Assembly (NCBI RefSeq): GCF_030028105.1
Contig: NC_092395.1
Coordinates: forward strand, 43,614,459-43,678,458
Direction of reading: 5' to 3'
DNA length: 64,000 nt
Source: Mobula birostris
Taxonomy: Eukaryota
Below are positions 1 through 11,639 of the stretch, piece after piece. Position numbers and translations under genes: made by a program. The notes under the pieces were generated by a model that saw only the letters and a program-made list of their open reading frames with translations, was not told the origin of the DNA and made no database searches. The first letter of the stretch is position 1; the number at the start of each line of letters is the position of its first letter.

Positions 1-476
1 CGGAAGCTTTTGCGGAGTGGTCATTTCTGGCAAAACTTCTTTAGCCCATAATGTAATTACAATTTATTCCTCTCTCCACCAATGCTGCTCCAGAAACTGA
101 ATATTTCCAGCCACGTTCATGTTCATTTCCTTCACTAACCTTCCCAACATCAACTGGTTTGTTCTCATTTTTTTCGCAACCTAACAATCAACCCACCACA
201 CTGACCCGATTCTTTCCAGTATCTCCGCAATGGAACTTCCCGTCTTTTGTTGCTGACATTCGGTGTCCAAGGCTGCCGGATAGATTTCCTGAGTTCACGA
301 ACCAGAGAGAGACGAGTCTCTTCTCGCTTCCCTCCTCCTACTCGGTATCAGAATAGGAAAAACACGAATGAAGACGAAAGGCGCACACGGAAATCATTCG
401 TGCTCTGATCGTCTTCATTGGTAGTTAATCACCATTACCGTTTGTCAGTCTGATACTGATAATGTATCACAAAACG

Positions 477-482
477 TTTATT
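477..482 (-). terminator. Polyadenylation signal of IgL cluster A
   Basis: tttatt (AATAAA on minus) about 290 nt past the C stop; same position in cluster B (40849-40854). Confidence 0.6.
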
Positions 483-770
483 AATTTTTCTAATTAAACC
501 AACCCCAATTTCAGAGAAAACCATTCACAGCCTGAAATTTCAAGAAGCCAAGTAACTGTCCGTGTTACCACCGTGTAGCCTCTCAGTAGGAAAAAAGAAA
601 AAAATCCGCCTCAAATCAGAGCACAAATATTCCAACACCACAGTGCAAACTACAGAGAGCGGAACAGAAGGGAAATACAGTGAAGAGCGAGTAAGAGTGG
701 TAAAGGTGAAAGATACAAGGCCATGATCCCCTGTTAATCGGGAACAAACAAGGCCAAAGCCGCGCTCTGT

Positions 771-1093
771 TTAACAGCTGGATTGTGTGACTGTTGCGGA
801 TATTGTCGAGGCTGCTCCTTGTTGAACTGAGCAGGAGTACCTCTTCCCATTGCTCCAGTCTGCGCCGGGCACCGTCAGGTAGCTGCTGAGACTGAAGGTT
901 TTGTCTGCGTTCTGAGTCACCCCGCTGGTTTGCACCTCACTGCTCGTCGGACTGTCGTTCACTGTCCAGCTGACGACAGGGAAGCCCATCGACGATTTAC
1001 TGACCAGGCAAACTAAGGTGCCCGATCCTTTAGCAGAGATCTCCTCGGCTGACGGCCCAAGCAGTTTCACTGAAGGGTCCGGGAGTTGCGGAG
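771..1093 (-). pseudogene. Ig light-chain constant exon, cluster A (frame itself intact)
   Basis: Pyrimidine tract and ttcag acceptor (1094-1095), phase 1; encodes (A)PQLPDPSVKLLGPSAEEIS...TLVCLV...VSWTVN...FSLSSYLTV...YSCSVQQ...TQSSC-TAA, a C1-set domain with terminal Cys. 12 differences in 323 nt from the cluster B exon. Confidence 0.93.
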
Positions 1094-2384
1094 CTGAACG
1101 AGAAGAAGAAAAAAAAAGACGTGTTTCAAAACACGAAAGATCTCTCGTCATTCTTTTTTTTACAAAACTATAAAAGGTTATTGACATCATATATACACAA
1201 AGTGCAGACTTTCAATATTTACAAGACAGTAAGTATACTCAGATTAAAATATGGTTACTACCGTCTATAAAACAGTCCATACACCGTGGGGTTCATCGCT
1301 CCTCCACAATTTGACAGAGAGCAAGTAAAAGGTTTCAGGTTCATTGAGTGGGGCTGCGAGTCTCACTGAAAGACAGCGCAGTGCCCATGGAGGACAGTGC
1401 GTATTGCTTATACTGCAACACTGGAAATCTACTCCAACAGGTGAAGTTTTTTGGCGCTGAGTCATTCCCGGAATTGAGAGACACACTGGCATCAAAGCGC
1501 CCCCAGAGTAGTTAAGTGCCCACTCTCTGTTCCATCTCCGTGACACGTTCCTCCTCTTCCCTCCGACCCACCCACCCATCACTAATGTCGCAGCTTCTGC
1601 AGGGAGAAAAAAAAATCTCACAATCTGCTCTGCCCCAATGGGCGAGAGCACCAAAAGCGCGGTCCTGAGCTCCATGGATCGGGGCAGGGTAGGTCGTTCT
1701 GTGATTTCTGATGATGTCGAAGGATTCGGCTCCCACCCACTGTGCGGATTGGGAGATTGCATTCTCCGCAGGAGCTCTGGCCATAGTCGGTGTAGTGTCG
1801 GGATCGCTGAAAAGTGGTTCCCCAGAAAGGAACAACGCTCAAATGAGCAGGTGGAAAGGAGGCGAGGGCTGGACACTGCGAGAGGGTATTTTAATTGATG
1901 GGTGCTGGAGGAGAGTTCCACCCTCACTGGGAGGACAGCAAGTCCAGTAAGTGTCAGAGGGATGTTTCGCGGGAATGTGCTAAACAATAACTTAAAACTT
2001 GTCGTTCTGATGTATTGTCATGGACTGTCTTCAGTCGGCAGCGTCCTGCCCCACTGTGTCCCTTCTCGTTCGTTCCTATCAAAGCAACATAAAAACTGAC
2101 AAACTAACACTAGAACAGAAATAACACTAATGATCAGAAAGTGTTAAATCATAGTTTGTCCGAAAACACAACCGAAAAGAGAAATGTTTCATTATGAGAA
2201 GGTAACAATTCACCAAACACAACTCTGTCCCGTAAAACTGACCCTGAACTCGAAACACGATTAAATTGTAAATCAATATTTTCACTTTAATATTCGCGAG
2301 GAATTTATAACGTATAAATTATTAATTGTCGGGTGGCCGTATTTATGCCGTGGTTATTGCAGGAGATATTTCCCAGACACCTAC

Positions 2385-2739
2385 CTGTAACAAAGAGCTT
2401 TGTCCCAGGGCCGAACACCAAGTACTGGTTCGTGTAACCCACCTTCCGCAGTAATAGACGGCAGCGTCATTCATCTCCACCCTGTTTATGATTAACTGAT
2501 ACTCAGTGCCGGCGCTGTTGACTGTCGACGTGAAACGGTCACTGCTAATCCCAGGGGCGTACCTTGGGCTATTCCAGGAATCATGGTAATTTAGGATCCA
2601 TTGTGGAATTGTTCCCGGAGTCTGCTTGTACCAGTTCACACAATGCCATCCTTTGTCCCGATGTTACAATTCAGCGTGGCCGTGGCTCCTGGTCTCATCG
2701 ACACGGTCGGAGTCTGAGTCAGAGTCTGGGATTCTCCAG
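2385..2739 (-). pseudogene. Germline-joined VJ exon, cluster A, sigma-cart-like, frameshifted
   Basis: Acceptor cacag (2740-2741), donor ACAG|gtaggt (2383-2384). FR1 SQTLTQTPTVSMRPGATATLNCNIGTKDG; 1-nt deletion in CDR1 (GGC ATT GTG TGA vs GGC TAT TAT GTA) gives a stop; WYKQ..PQWIL; YYC; only 32 nt from Cys to the Phe of VFGPGTKLFVT, so J is out of frame. No heptamer or nonamer between V and J. Confidence 0.92.
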
Positions 2740-2840
2740 CTGTGAAAGACAGGAATTCAACTTTAACATTGACTCTTTAATGTGACACCAAGACCCACCT
2801 CAGCCACCGCTGGCGGTGCTGACTTGCTGTCTGTACTTAA

Positions 2841-2886
2841 AGCCCAGAGACACTGCCAGAGACTAGAAAAAGAACAGCGTTCGCAT
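2841..2886 (-). pseudogene. Leader exon, cluster A, inactivated
   Basis: ATG CGA ACG CTG TTC TTT TTC TAG: codon 8 is a stop (TGG in cluster B); donor reads ttaagt (gtaagt in cluster B). Confidence 0.9.
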
Positions 2887-2966
2887 CGTTGCTGCCCGTC
2901 AGCTTCCTGCCTTCCTTCTGCCGGTGGATTTATGACTGACTGGCCGCCGCTGCCGGTGGAACCCAG

Positions 2967-3008
2967 TTATAGAGCCATTCACACCGGGGAGGGAAACAAT
3001 GCAAATCA
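2967..3008 (-). promoter_or_regulatory. IgL promoter A: TGATTTGCAT decamer/octamer and TATA box
   Basis: atgcaaatca at 2999-3008 and ttata at 2967-2971, upstream of the leader ATG in the usual light-chain orientation; both conserved in cluster B. Confidence 0.85.
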
Positions 3009-3239
3009 GAGTGACTGACACTGACCAGTCAGAGTGGGGATCAGAAACCCTCCCATATACTGTCACATACCATCGGGTTGAGGTGGCGATGTTGTTAGCA
3101 ACTGACTGATCTGTTAAAAACTATTTGCGAATGAAAAAGTCATTCATTGTCCGACATTTCCCATACTCTGCCTTTATTTCGCTGATTCCTTCCTTTGGTC
3201 CACAGATGTCCCTCACACCTCCAGTGACAACAGGACAGG

Positions 3240-3372
3240 ACACTGCAGGTTCTTGAATGGTCTCGAACCGAAACGTCGACTGTACTGTTTTCCATAGATG
3301 CTGCCAGGTCTGCTGAGTTCCTCCAGCATTTCGTGTGTGTTGCTTGGATTTCCAGCATCTGCAGATCTTTTC
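3240..3372 (+). mobile_element. Penelope-like terminal module with degenerate hammerhead core (shared by both duplicates)
   Basis: ...gaaccgaaacgtcgactgtac...gatgctgcc..gctgagttcctccagcattt..ttggatttccagcatctgcaga; paralogous copy at 43630-43770. Confidence 0.6.
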
Positions 3373-4739
3373 TTGTTTGTGATAGAGCAGTGCAGGCTTC
3401 CTGTTCCCACATCAGTCATTCAGTCATGGAGTTCAAACCCACTTTGGCAGTTTGAGGGTTTGAACTCGTTCTAAATGTGGGGACTAGTCAGCTGGAGGAA
3501 CTGACTTCGAATCGAACGAAACTCCTGGAAATGACAGTTTACAGTTCTCTGCTCTGAAGGACCTTTTCAACTGAAGTCAAATCGAATGGAATCAGTTTAA
3601 TTATGATTCCAACGATACTCGGATACACGAAAAAAGAGAAAAACACATGCTTAGTCCAGGTCCCTGAGCGACGCACACTTTGACGATACAGCCTGTCATT
3701 CCACTGATCGAACACTGGAGGGCAGCACTGACCGAAGAGGCCAAATCTCAACTGAGCACGGACTCCATGCTACACCGTCTGCAGCGTCGTCTCATCCGGG
3801 AAGCTCGATGGAGCCCTAGTCCGTGCCTACAACCGAGGCCACACTGCAGCCTCGTCGTCCGTTATAGACCAAGCAAGTGAAACCAGACTGTTGCATCTCA
3901 CATTATTGATGTCCGACTGGGTCTTGCGGTCGCAAGAGAAACGTCCAAGACAGTCACTCACGGTGACACGGCCCTCTGCTTTTGCGCACCAACCTCCACG
4001 CCTTCGAGTGCAGGCAGCAACTCGGTCTGCACTCAGGTCAGCTCCTCCGAACCTTCTCCAGCCCGTCTGCCGGCCTCTCCTCTGAGCCGAGCTGGGCACC
4101 GGCTCCTTTGTCACCCCATCCGGCAGCTACGAACAACGCGGTAGACCCACTGTGCCCGTAGTTCTTGGAGTGCAGTATATTCATAGGATCATTAAAAAAT
4201 CACACATTTTAAAAAGAAAAGCGCACCTTTGTTTGGCCGCTGCGTTAGAACACGCCGCCATCTTAGCGGCATCACAATGTGGGAAGTGCACAATGCGATG
4301 CTTCTAGTTGTCACATGGCAGACTCCACGAGGAAGGGCATCCAGAACTCTACAGCCTAACAGCTAAACGATTTTACTTTCAAACTTTCTACTTTTAAAGT
4401 TTGCCCAAAAGCAAAATTCTGTTTCCGCTGTCAAACTGAAATTAAAGCAGAGACACTCAACAATTCTGACGGTGCCCACTGGAGAAAGAAACAGGGTTAA
4501 CATATCTGACTTTAACCAGAGACAATGATATCTTGTTTTATATTTAATTGTTCTGTTGGAATTGTAGTTACCATATCGGTCTGGCTACGTGTAATGACGT
4601 AGTTATGGTGTACATATCTACCCAATGGGAACTGATTTCTAAACAGAGCTTTTTGATGATTGAATTCACAACATTTTGCTGTAAAGGCTGTTTTTGTGAG
4701 GGCCTTTTGAAGGATTGCTTATCTTTCTCTCAGTCACTT

Positions 4740-5020
4740 CATGAAATCTTCCAGAAATGAAAAATACTTCAAAAAATGTTTGTCAGCACTTTGCAATAGT
4801 GTTGATTTGCGTCCTTTGTACAATACTTTATTGTAGATTGATAAATCAGGAAAGCAACATACAATTGGAGAAGAATTCATTTTGCCAGCCATAAGGGAGG
4901 TTCTGAATACAATTTTGCATAAGTCACCAGATCAAATAATAAACGTACTGCCACTCAGCGAAAACACTGTAAAACAATGAATAAATGATGCACCTGAGAA
5001 TGTGGAAGAAACATTAAACA
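4740..5020 (+). mobile_element. hAT (Buster/Charlie-type) transposase fragment
   Basis: Reads KSGKQHTIGEEFILPAIREVLNTILHKSPDQIINVLPLSENTV, the Buster GKPHTIGEELILPA...PLSNNTV motif; paralogous decayed copy about 45800-46060. Confidence 0.65.
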
Positions 5021-5099
5021 ATAGAATTTATTCCCTTTTCTTGGTTGTGTGCTGTATAGGAACTTTGGCAAAGCCATCAGAAAGACGAGAGCATAAAAT

Positions 5100-6090
5100 T
5101 TGTGACCTTGACAGACAATGGAGGGACCCAAGTGAAATGTTTCCTGCGCATGGACGGATTTACCATCTTCCACTCGGATGTGAAGTCAGTTCGCAAATAG
5201 ATCGGCATGGCTAAGCAGTCAGGCTGCCAACTCAATCTATTCACAGAGTCGGTTGCCAGTTGCCAAAGAGCGAGGCCATCTTCTTTGCCAACTGGCCCAA
5301 CCAATCCAATATCTCCTTCATCATCAGGTTTGCTTATGTGAGGGTGCTGGGGATCTTGTACTGAGGGGCTGAGTGGTGCAACAGGAATTGGCTGGAGCAG
5401 ATTGGGAGGGTAGAGTGGCACTGTTGGGAAGATGCTCCAATCATTAAGTGAGAAGAACTAGTCATCCGGTGTGAGGTGTTCTCAGGGCTGCTACACTTGG
5501 TGCAGATGTGGCCCATCCCCCTGCTCTGCTCTTCTAGTTTGTAAATGACCCAGATTGTTCTCTGCTTCATCGGGGAATCTAAGATGGAACAAATAAGACT
5601 TTTGCATTGTCTAATGCACTGGTCCTTGGTCAAATGAAGCAAAAACATTCAAAATGTCCACATTACCATGATGAGCACACTCATGTGTTACTGCTTCAGA
5701 CTCTGTGTGGAACCTAAGCGTGTGGGCATCAAGTACCATTACTGAGTTTCTATTTGTCCCGGGTGTTGAGAAGGATGGGTCTGGCCTTATTGACATTGAA
5801 CGTCCCAGTCAACTGGACGCTTGGTGCAGCCACTTGTAAGGGCTCAGTGGAGAAGGACCACATGGAAGGTTCTTCTGCTACAGGACAGGGAGTGGCTGGG
5901 TTTGGTGAGGAAGCTCCTGAGTTATTGCCCTAAGTGTAGCACCCAGCAGAGACTATATAAGTAACAATAGAGTTAGTGGCTTTAAGGAATTTAACTGGAC
6001 ACTACGTAATGCCTATTTAAAGCATAAAAAGGCATTGCACCATTTATTCTTGGAAATATTTTATCATAAACAAAGTTTATTTTGGAACAA
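5100..6090 (+). mobile_element. Tx1/L1-clade LINE 3' fragment
   Basis: Remnant peptides VLGI..NWLEQIGRV, LVIRCEVFSGLLHLVQMWPIP and LSFYLSRVLRRMGLA; ends in aaagtttattttgg. Shorter paralogous copy 46080-46640. Confidence 0.65.
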
Positions 6091-9000
6091 AAACATTTTG
6101 GGGAACATCTTCACTGACTATGCCCATCTCGAGTCACACACCATGTCATTTGAAGTGGCCTAGCAGCATAGCCCATTGTTTAGGAGGCTTTTGCCCATTG
6201 TCTTCACTTGGTACCACGAGATGGACAACAAGTATCAGCTTTTCCAGTGACAGCCACATTCCAAGAATGTGGAATATCTGAGGTTGACCAGAGTCCCAGG
6301 ATCTGGAACAATGCTCTTGGAGGAAAGGGAGCCCAGATGACACTGTACCAGTAAGTTTATACATGCATTTATCTTCATCAAACACCCAGGAAATTAAATG
6401 TCTGTTGAGTAAGTCAGGTCATAAGTCAGTCCAAATGTGTGCTGGCAATGTTGGAACCCAAGTGTAGAGGAAAGACAGAGTCCAATGCAGAGATGACAAC
6501 CACAGTTTATTCTTAAGAATTCCAACAGAACATTGGTGACTTGGCCGAGCAACACTGTGAGATGTAGCATTCTTAAAACTAAGACCATGCTCTCAGCACT
6601 AATTGGGTCGCCACTTAAATATTACAATTAACACGGAATCCCTGTGAGTAACAACGTTAAGTTTAACAAGTTTAAACATAAAACACTCAGAGTCTGCATG
6701 ACAAAGTGTGAGTAACTCAAATACAAACAAGGAAAACAATTAACAAAAAATAACCAATTATGGTGCTCTTAAAAATCTCAGAGCCCAATTCTCTCCAGCT
6801 TGCCAGACAAGTCCAAAGAGCTCTTTACAAAGTTATATTATAGTGATGGTGTTTCAAGTGCAGATTTTCCTTGTTAATAGAGGCAGTCTGATAGAAACAG
6901 CTCTGGCAGGGAATCTTACAGCAATGGGAATGGACACCCTGGACAATGTGGGACCTCAGGAGGCTTCCTGTTTTCTGGACAATGATAAGTACAGGAAGTA
7001 TTTTCAGCTGAAGGAGCACATCCTCTGGGTTTGGAACTTGGGCAACAACAGTCCATCCACAAGGCTGATTGTTTCATGTGCAGTCGGCTTCAGGAGCTGG
7101 TCATCCTGCAGCTAAAGTGAGTGCATGTATCAGGGAGACGAGGAGATCACCAGGCAGACTGGTGCAGGGAGATAGGTCAGCAGATCCGTGAGGACTCCCT
7201 GCTCTCTAACTGAATAATATTCAGAGTACTGATTGGGGATAGTCTTCCTCTAGGGACAGAGGCATGGCCAGACAAGTGGGTTAATTGTGCAGGCAGAGGA
7301 ACAGGAAGAGGAATGGTTCTTAATTTGTGCAGCCGAATATCAAACTTTTCATCAAAGGAATTGGCCAGTTGGCCCAGGTGCCAATAATTAAGTCAAATTA
7401 AACTAAACCAATCTGTTTCCACAAGGTCTGTATCCCTGCTATATTACTTTGGCTGCTGCAATTTCCTTCCACATCTCATAGATGGAGACTTTTGAACTTT
7501 ATTTGCTGCGTGTGAGATAGCAGATGACTAGAGAATGGCAAAGGTGGTCCCATTATTCAAAAGGGCCGAGGTATAAACCAGGCAATGATGGGACATGAGT
7601 TTTAAATCAGTGGAAGGGAATTATTGTAAAAATCCCAAGGATAGGATATATTTATGCTTGGAAAGGCTGAGATTAATCTGGGCATAGTCAACATTTGTGG
7701 AAAACCTGTCTCAATAATTCATTGAATTTTCAGGTATAAATAGAGATTGGATCAACTGAGTTTTTGTATCCTGGGAACTTGAAGAAGCCAATGTGTGAGC
7801 TGATAGAGGTATATGAGATTATGAGGAAGATAGAGGGTAGACATTAAGGATATTTTTCTGGTGGAGGGATAGCCTTAAACTGGTGAGTTTGGATATTTAG
7901 AGGAATCCTGAAGGGAAACATTCCACTAAGAGAATAGTGTGAAATTTGAACATCATTCGTGAAGAGTTGGTAGATGCAGGTAGTCTCGACAAACACTTGA
8001 ATTGCAGAGGAGATTACACGCCAAATGCCAGTTCACAACTACATCCAGCAGGACCTGGACAACATTCAGGTATGGGCTCATATGAGTTAAGTAACATTCA
8101 TATGAGAGATATGCTGGACTGGCGTCATGTTCAAGAAGAGTGTGTCAAGCTACTTACCCGTGGTATTCAGTGTCAGACCACCATGATACTTTGCCACTAT
8201 TTATAACATCTAAGACAAGGACATAATGGAATACTTTCCACTTTTGTAGAAGAATACAGCTCCAAAAACATTTCAGAAGGTCTAAACTATCTAGCAGAAG
8301 GCAGCCCAATTTGTACCACCCAATTTCCATTGCCATCAACATTCATTTACTTCACCATAGATGGTCCCAAGCCCAGCTGAAAGAGGAGGAGTGTTGGACA
8401 TGGGTCAAGCAATGCATCCTGTAGAAACCAAGAGGTACAGAAATGCTAAGAGAACCTTCAAAGAGCTCCTCCCTGAGAGCGGATGGGTCTTTGAAGATGG
8501 GCTACACCTGTGAACAACTTGAAAGAATGGGCAAGGACAGAGGACTCTGACCTGTGGCCGATGCACCAGGAGGGTGATAGGCTTAAACAAACAAACTTCA
8601 ACATTCGTTCTATCCACCAGAGGTGTACAATGAATTTAGTGTGGTCCACTGATAAAATGTCCTGCTGTTACTTCCCCATGTTACTCTAACAACTCCTTCC
8701 AAACCTTTTAACTCAACTACAAGTACACAAGTTCAGAATAAGCAGGAGGTGTCCACTGTAAGTTCACTTCGAAGTTACTAACTTAGTAGACTTCGAAATA
8801 TCTACTGAACATATAAAAATACCTATTCTTGGACCTTAGAAAGATTTCTATAAATGTACTGTGTTAGGGAGCTTCCTGAATCTTTAGCCTTTGGGAGAAG
8901 GTAACTAAGACATGAATGGTTTGAGTTCGAAAACTGTTGTGTGATGTGTGGCCACCCGTGAGTTCACTTGAGTGTTATCTGTCTCTATCTTACAGCCAAA

Positions 9001-9929
9001 ATATCAGTGCAGGGAGATTCAATTGTTATATTGAAACTGGAGCTAGTTAAGTATCTGAAACTGCTGGACTGTGGGGAGAAAGGCTGGGGCATGCAATGTT
9101 TTTAATATCGGACTGGTCTGAGGTGAACAGGCCAAATGGCCTCACATTCTGAGAGAACCATTCTGATTCACCATTATTTACCCTCTTATGATGACCTGTG
9201 AGTCTGAGGCAGTGAATTTAGTTCTGAGAGCTCCAAAGTAAAGCCTTCTTATTTTTTGCAGTTCATGAAGTTGATAATTGACTGATGTTTCCCAGTTTCT
9301 TCACTTGTTTCTGTACTGTCTTGTCACTGAGATTAAATGGCAGCATCCTTTGTAACTCTGGTTAGATCTGGAGATGATGTTGTTCAGAAGGTTCTTCGAG
9401 AGTCAAAAGGAGTTTCCAAATTTATGGTTACAGCTGTTTCATCAGATGTTCATCATGGTAGAGGTCAGATAAATCCAGCCTGTACCAGCAAAGAAAGCAG
9501 AAAAATCACAAAGGAATGTGAGCAAACGCTTCACTTCCATATTGGAAAAGCGGTCAGACAGCTCCCTGGTAAGAAATCCAAGAGCAGTGACTGATTTGCA
9601 CATCAGTTTGGCAAATATACAGTAGAAACAGATATACTCCTGGTTGCTAAAAATCTACAGATAGATAGATTCAAGATTGTTAATGTCATTTCCAACCACT
9701 ATGCAAGGGCAAAGAAAAACAAAGTAATTGTTACTCCAGATCTGATGTAGCACAAAAAGCCTGAAGATAAGAATACAGTACTAAAAAAAAGCATAATAAG
9801 TATAAACATCATAAGGACATAAGACATAGGAGCAGAATTAGCCCATCTGGCCCATCAAGTCTGCTCTGCCAATCAATCATGGCTGATTCTTTTTTCTCAT
9901 CCTCCTCAACCCCAGTTCCCGGCCTTCTC

Positions 9930-11500
9930 AAATACATGAGATAGTTTACATACACAGACTGATTGTATGTCCATAAACTGACACTAGGCACAGAATTGTC
10001 TGTACATAAGGTGACTCTGACAGGAAATGATGAAGTAGAGGTGGTGGAGGTGTGCATTTAAAGGTGGAGGAGTTAGTCATCCTTCGTACTTGGGGAAATT
10101 AACTGTTTTTGAATCTAGTGGTCCTGGCGTGGATGCTACACAGCATCCTCCCAGCTGGGAGTGGGACAGTCAATGTGCAGGTTTGATCAGATCATCATGA
10201 CATTACTGGCACCATTCTGCATATGCGTCCTTGATGGTGGGTCAACTTGTGCCACTGATCCATTGGCCATATCCATTGTATAGAACTTCCTGCCACCACA
10301 GAGCAGTTTCCTAACCATGCAATGAGAAAGCTTGTTAAGATGCTCTCTACTGTGCATCTACAGAAGGTCATGAGTAAAGATGTGCATAGTCCAGCTCACT
10401 TCAACCTCCTCAGAAAGTAAAGTTGTTGGTGAGCTTTCCCAGTTGTGCAGGATGTGTTCTGGGACGATGAGAGGTGATGCATGATGTGCGGCTGAAGTGA
10501 TGTGTGCGGTGTGAGTTCTCCTGACATCAATAACAATCATCTTTGTCTTGTTGACATTGAGAACAAGTTAATTGCCTGGAACCAGGCATCAAACTCTTGC
10601 ACCTCCTCTCTGAAGGCTGTATTATCATTGTTGGTGATGAGCCCCACCACTGTTGTGTCATTGGGAAACCTGACAATGTGATTGCTTAATGTTTGGCTGT
10701 GCAGTGATGTGAGAGCAGAGTGTTTAACAATGGGGTCAGCGCAGAGCCCTGGAGGTGGGGGCACCCGTGTTAAGGATCATGGAGAGGGAGGAGCAGTTGT
10801 GCATCCTGACTATCTGAGGTCTGTTTGTTGGGAAGTCCAACAACCAGTTGCACGGTGGTGCATTTAGACTGAGGAGTAGGACTTTGTTCACCAAGGTCTG
10901 TGGGACAATAGTGTTGAATTCTGAGCTGAAATCCATGAAACAGCATTCTGACAGTCCTGCTGGAGGGTCTTGGCCTGAAACGTCGACTGTACTCTTTTCG
11001 ATAGGTGCTGCCTGGCATGCCGAGTTGCTCCAGCATTTTATGTGTGTTGCCTGGATTTCCAGCAGTTGCAGATTTTCTCTTGTTCTGACACAAGTGCTCC
11101 TGTTTTCCCAGTGCACCAGGGCCTTGTGCATGAGAGTGCACCAGGGCCTTGTGCATGACAGATGCTATTGCATTCGTCATTTGGTAAACATATTTGTGAG
11201 TGTCCAGTGTGGCAGGAATGAACTTTTAATGTGTGCCATTACCAGCTGTTCAAAGCACTTCATGAGAATTGGTATCAGTGACACCGGTCGTTAGTCGTTT
11301 AGTTCTGATAGTGTAGAGTATTTTCGTACAGGAATGATGGTGGCTGATCTGATGCATATGGGACAGCAGCCTGGATGAGTGAAGTGTTGTAGATGTCCGT
11401 GAGGAGGTCAGTGAGCTGGTGTGTACATTTCCTGAGTGCTCAGCCTGGGATGCTGTCTGGCCCAGCTGCCTTATGGGGTTTGACTCTCTTCAGAGTCCCT
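9930..11500 (-). mobile_element. Rex1/Babar LINE fragments
   Basis: ORFs 10537-10764 and 10736-11131: FMDFSSEFNTIVP..WLLDFPTNRPQIVRM, HIVRFPNDTTVVGLITNND. Paralogue 56690-58140. Confidence 0.75.
10954..11082 (+). mobile_element. Penelope-like hammerhead module inserted in the Rex1 copy
   Basis: 8-bp TSD ttctgaca (10946-10953 and 11083-11090); absent at the paralogous site near 57740; core reads CTGCTGG..GAAACGTC. Confidence 0.7.
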
Positions 11501-11639
11501 GTGATTATACAAACCTGAAAGCAAGTGAAAGCAAAACTAACACTAGAAAAAGACAATAAGAGCAGTAATTTGGGCTGTAATTAACACAGCTCAGTCAGAA
11601 TCAGAATCAGCTTTATTATCACTGACAGATCCAATACCC

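Noticed and set aside
1265-1987. Long ORFs in the J-C intron (240 aa, 107 aa; 161 aa at 41744-42229) sharing HGAQDRAF.ALAHWGRADC
   Set aside because: Frames shift between the two copies, one ORF runs into a Penelope insertion, and the similarity is what the duplication alone predicts.
2343-2639. 98-aa ORF as a functional V protein
   Set aside because: Starts at a GTG inside CDR1 after the frameshift and reads through the J donor in the wrong frame.
3827-4114. ORF with RVTVS..GRFS..DEAAVW that looks V-like
   Set aside because: No C..W..YYC framework and wrong spacing; absent from copy B.
4148-4154. Isolated RSS heptamer
   Set aside because: No nonamer at 12 or 23 nt and no adjacent coding segment.
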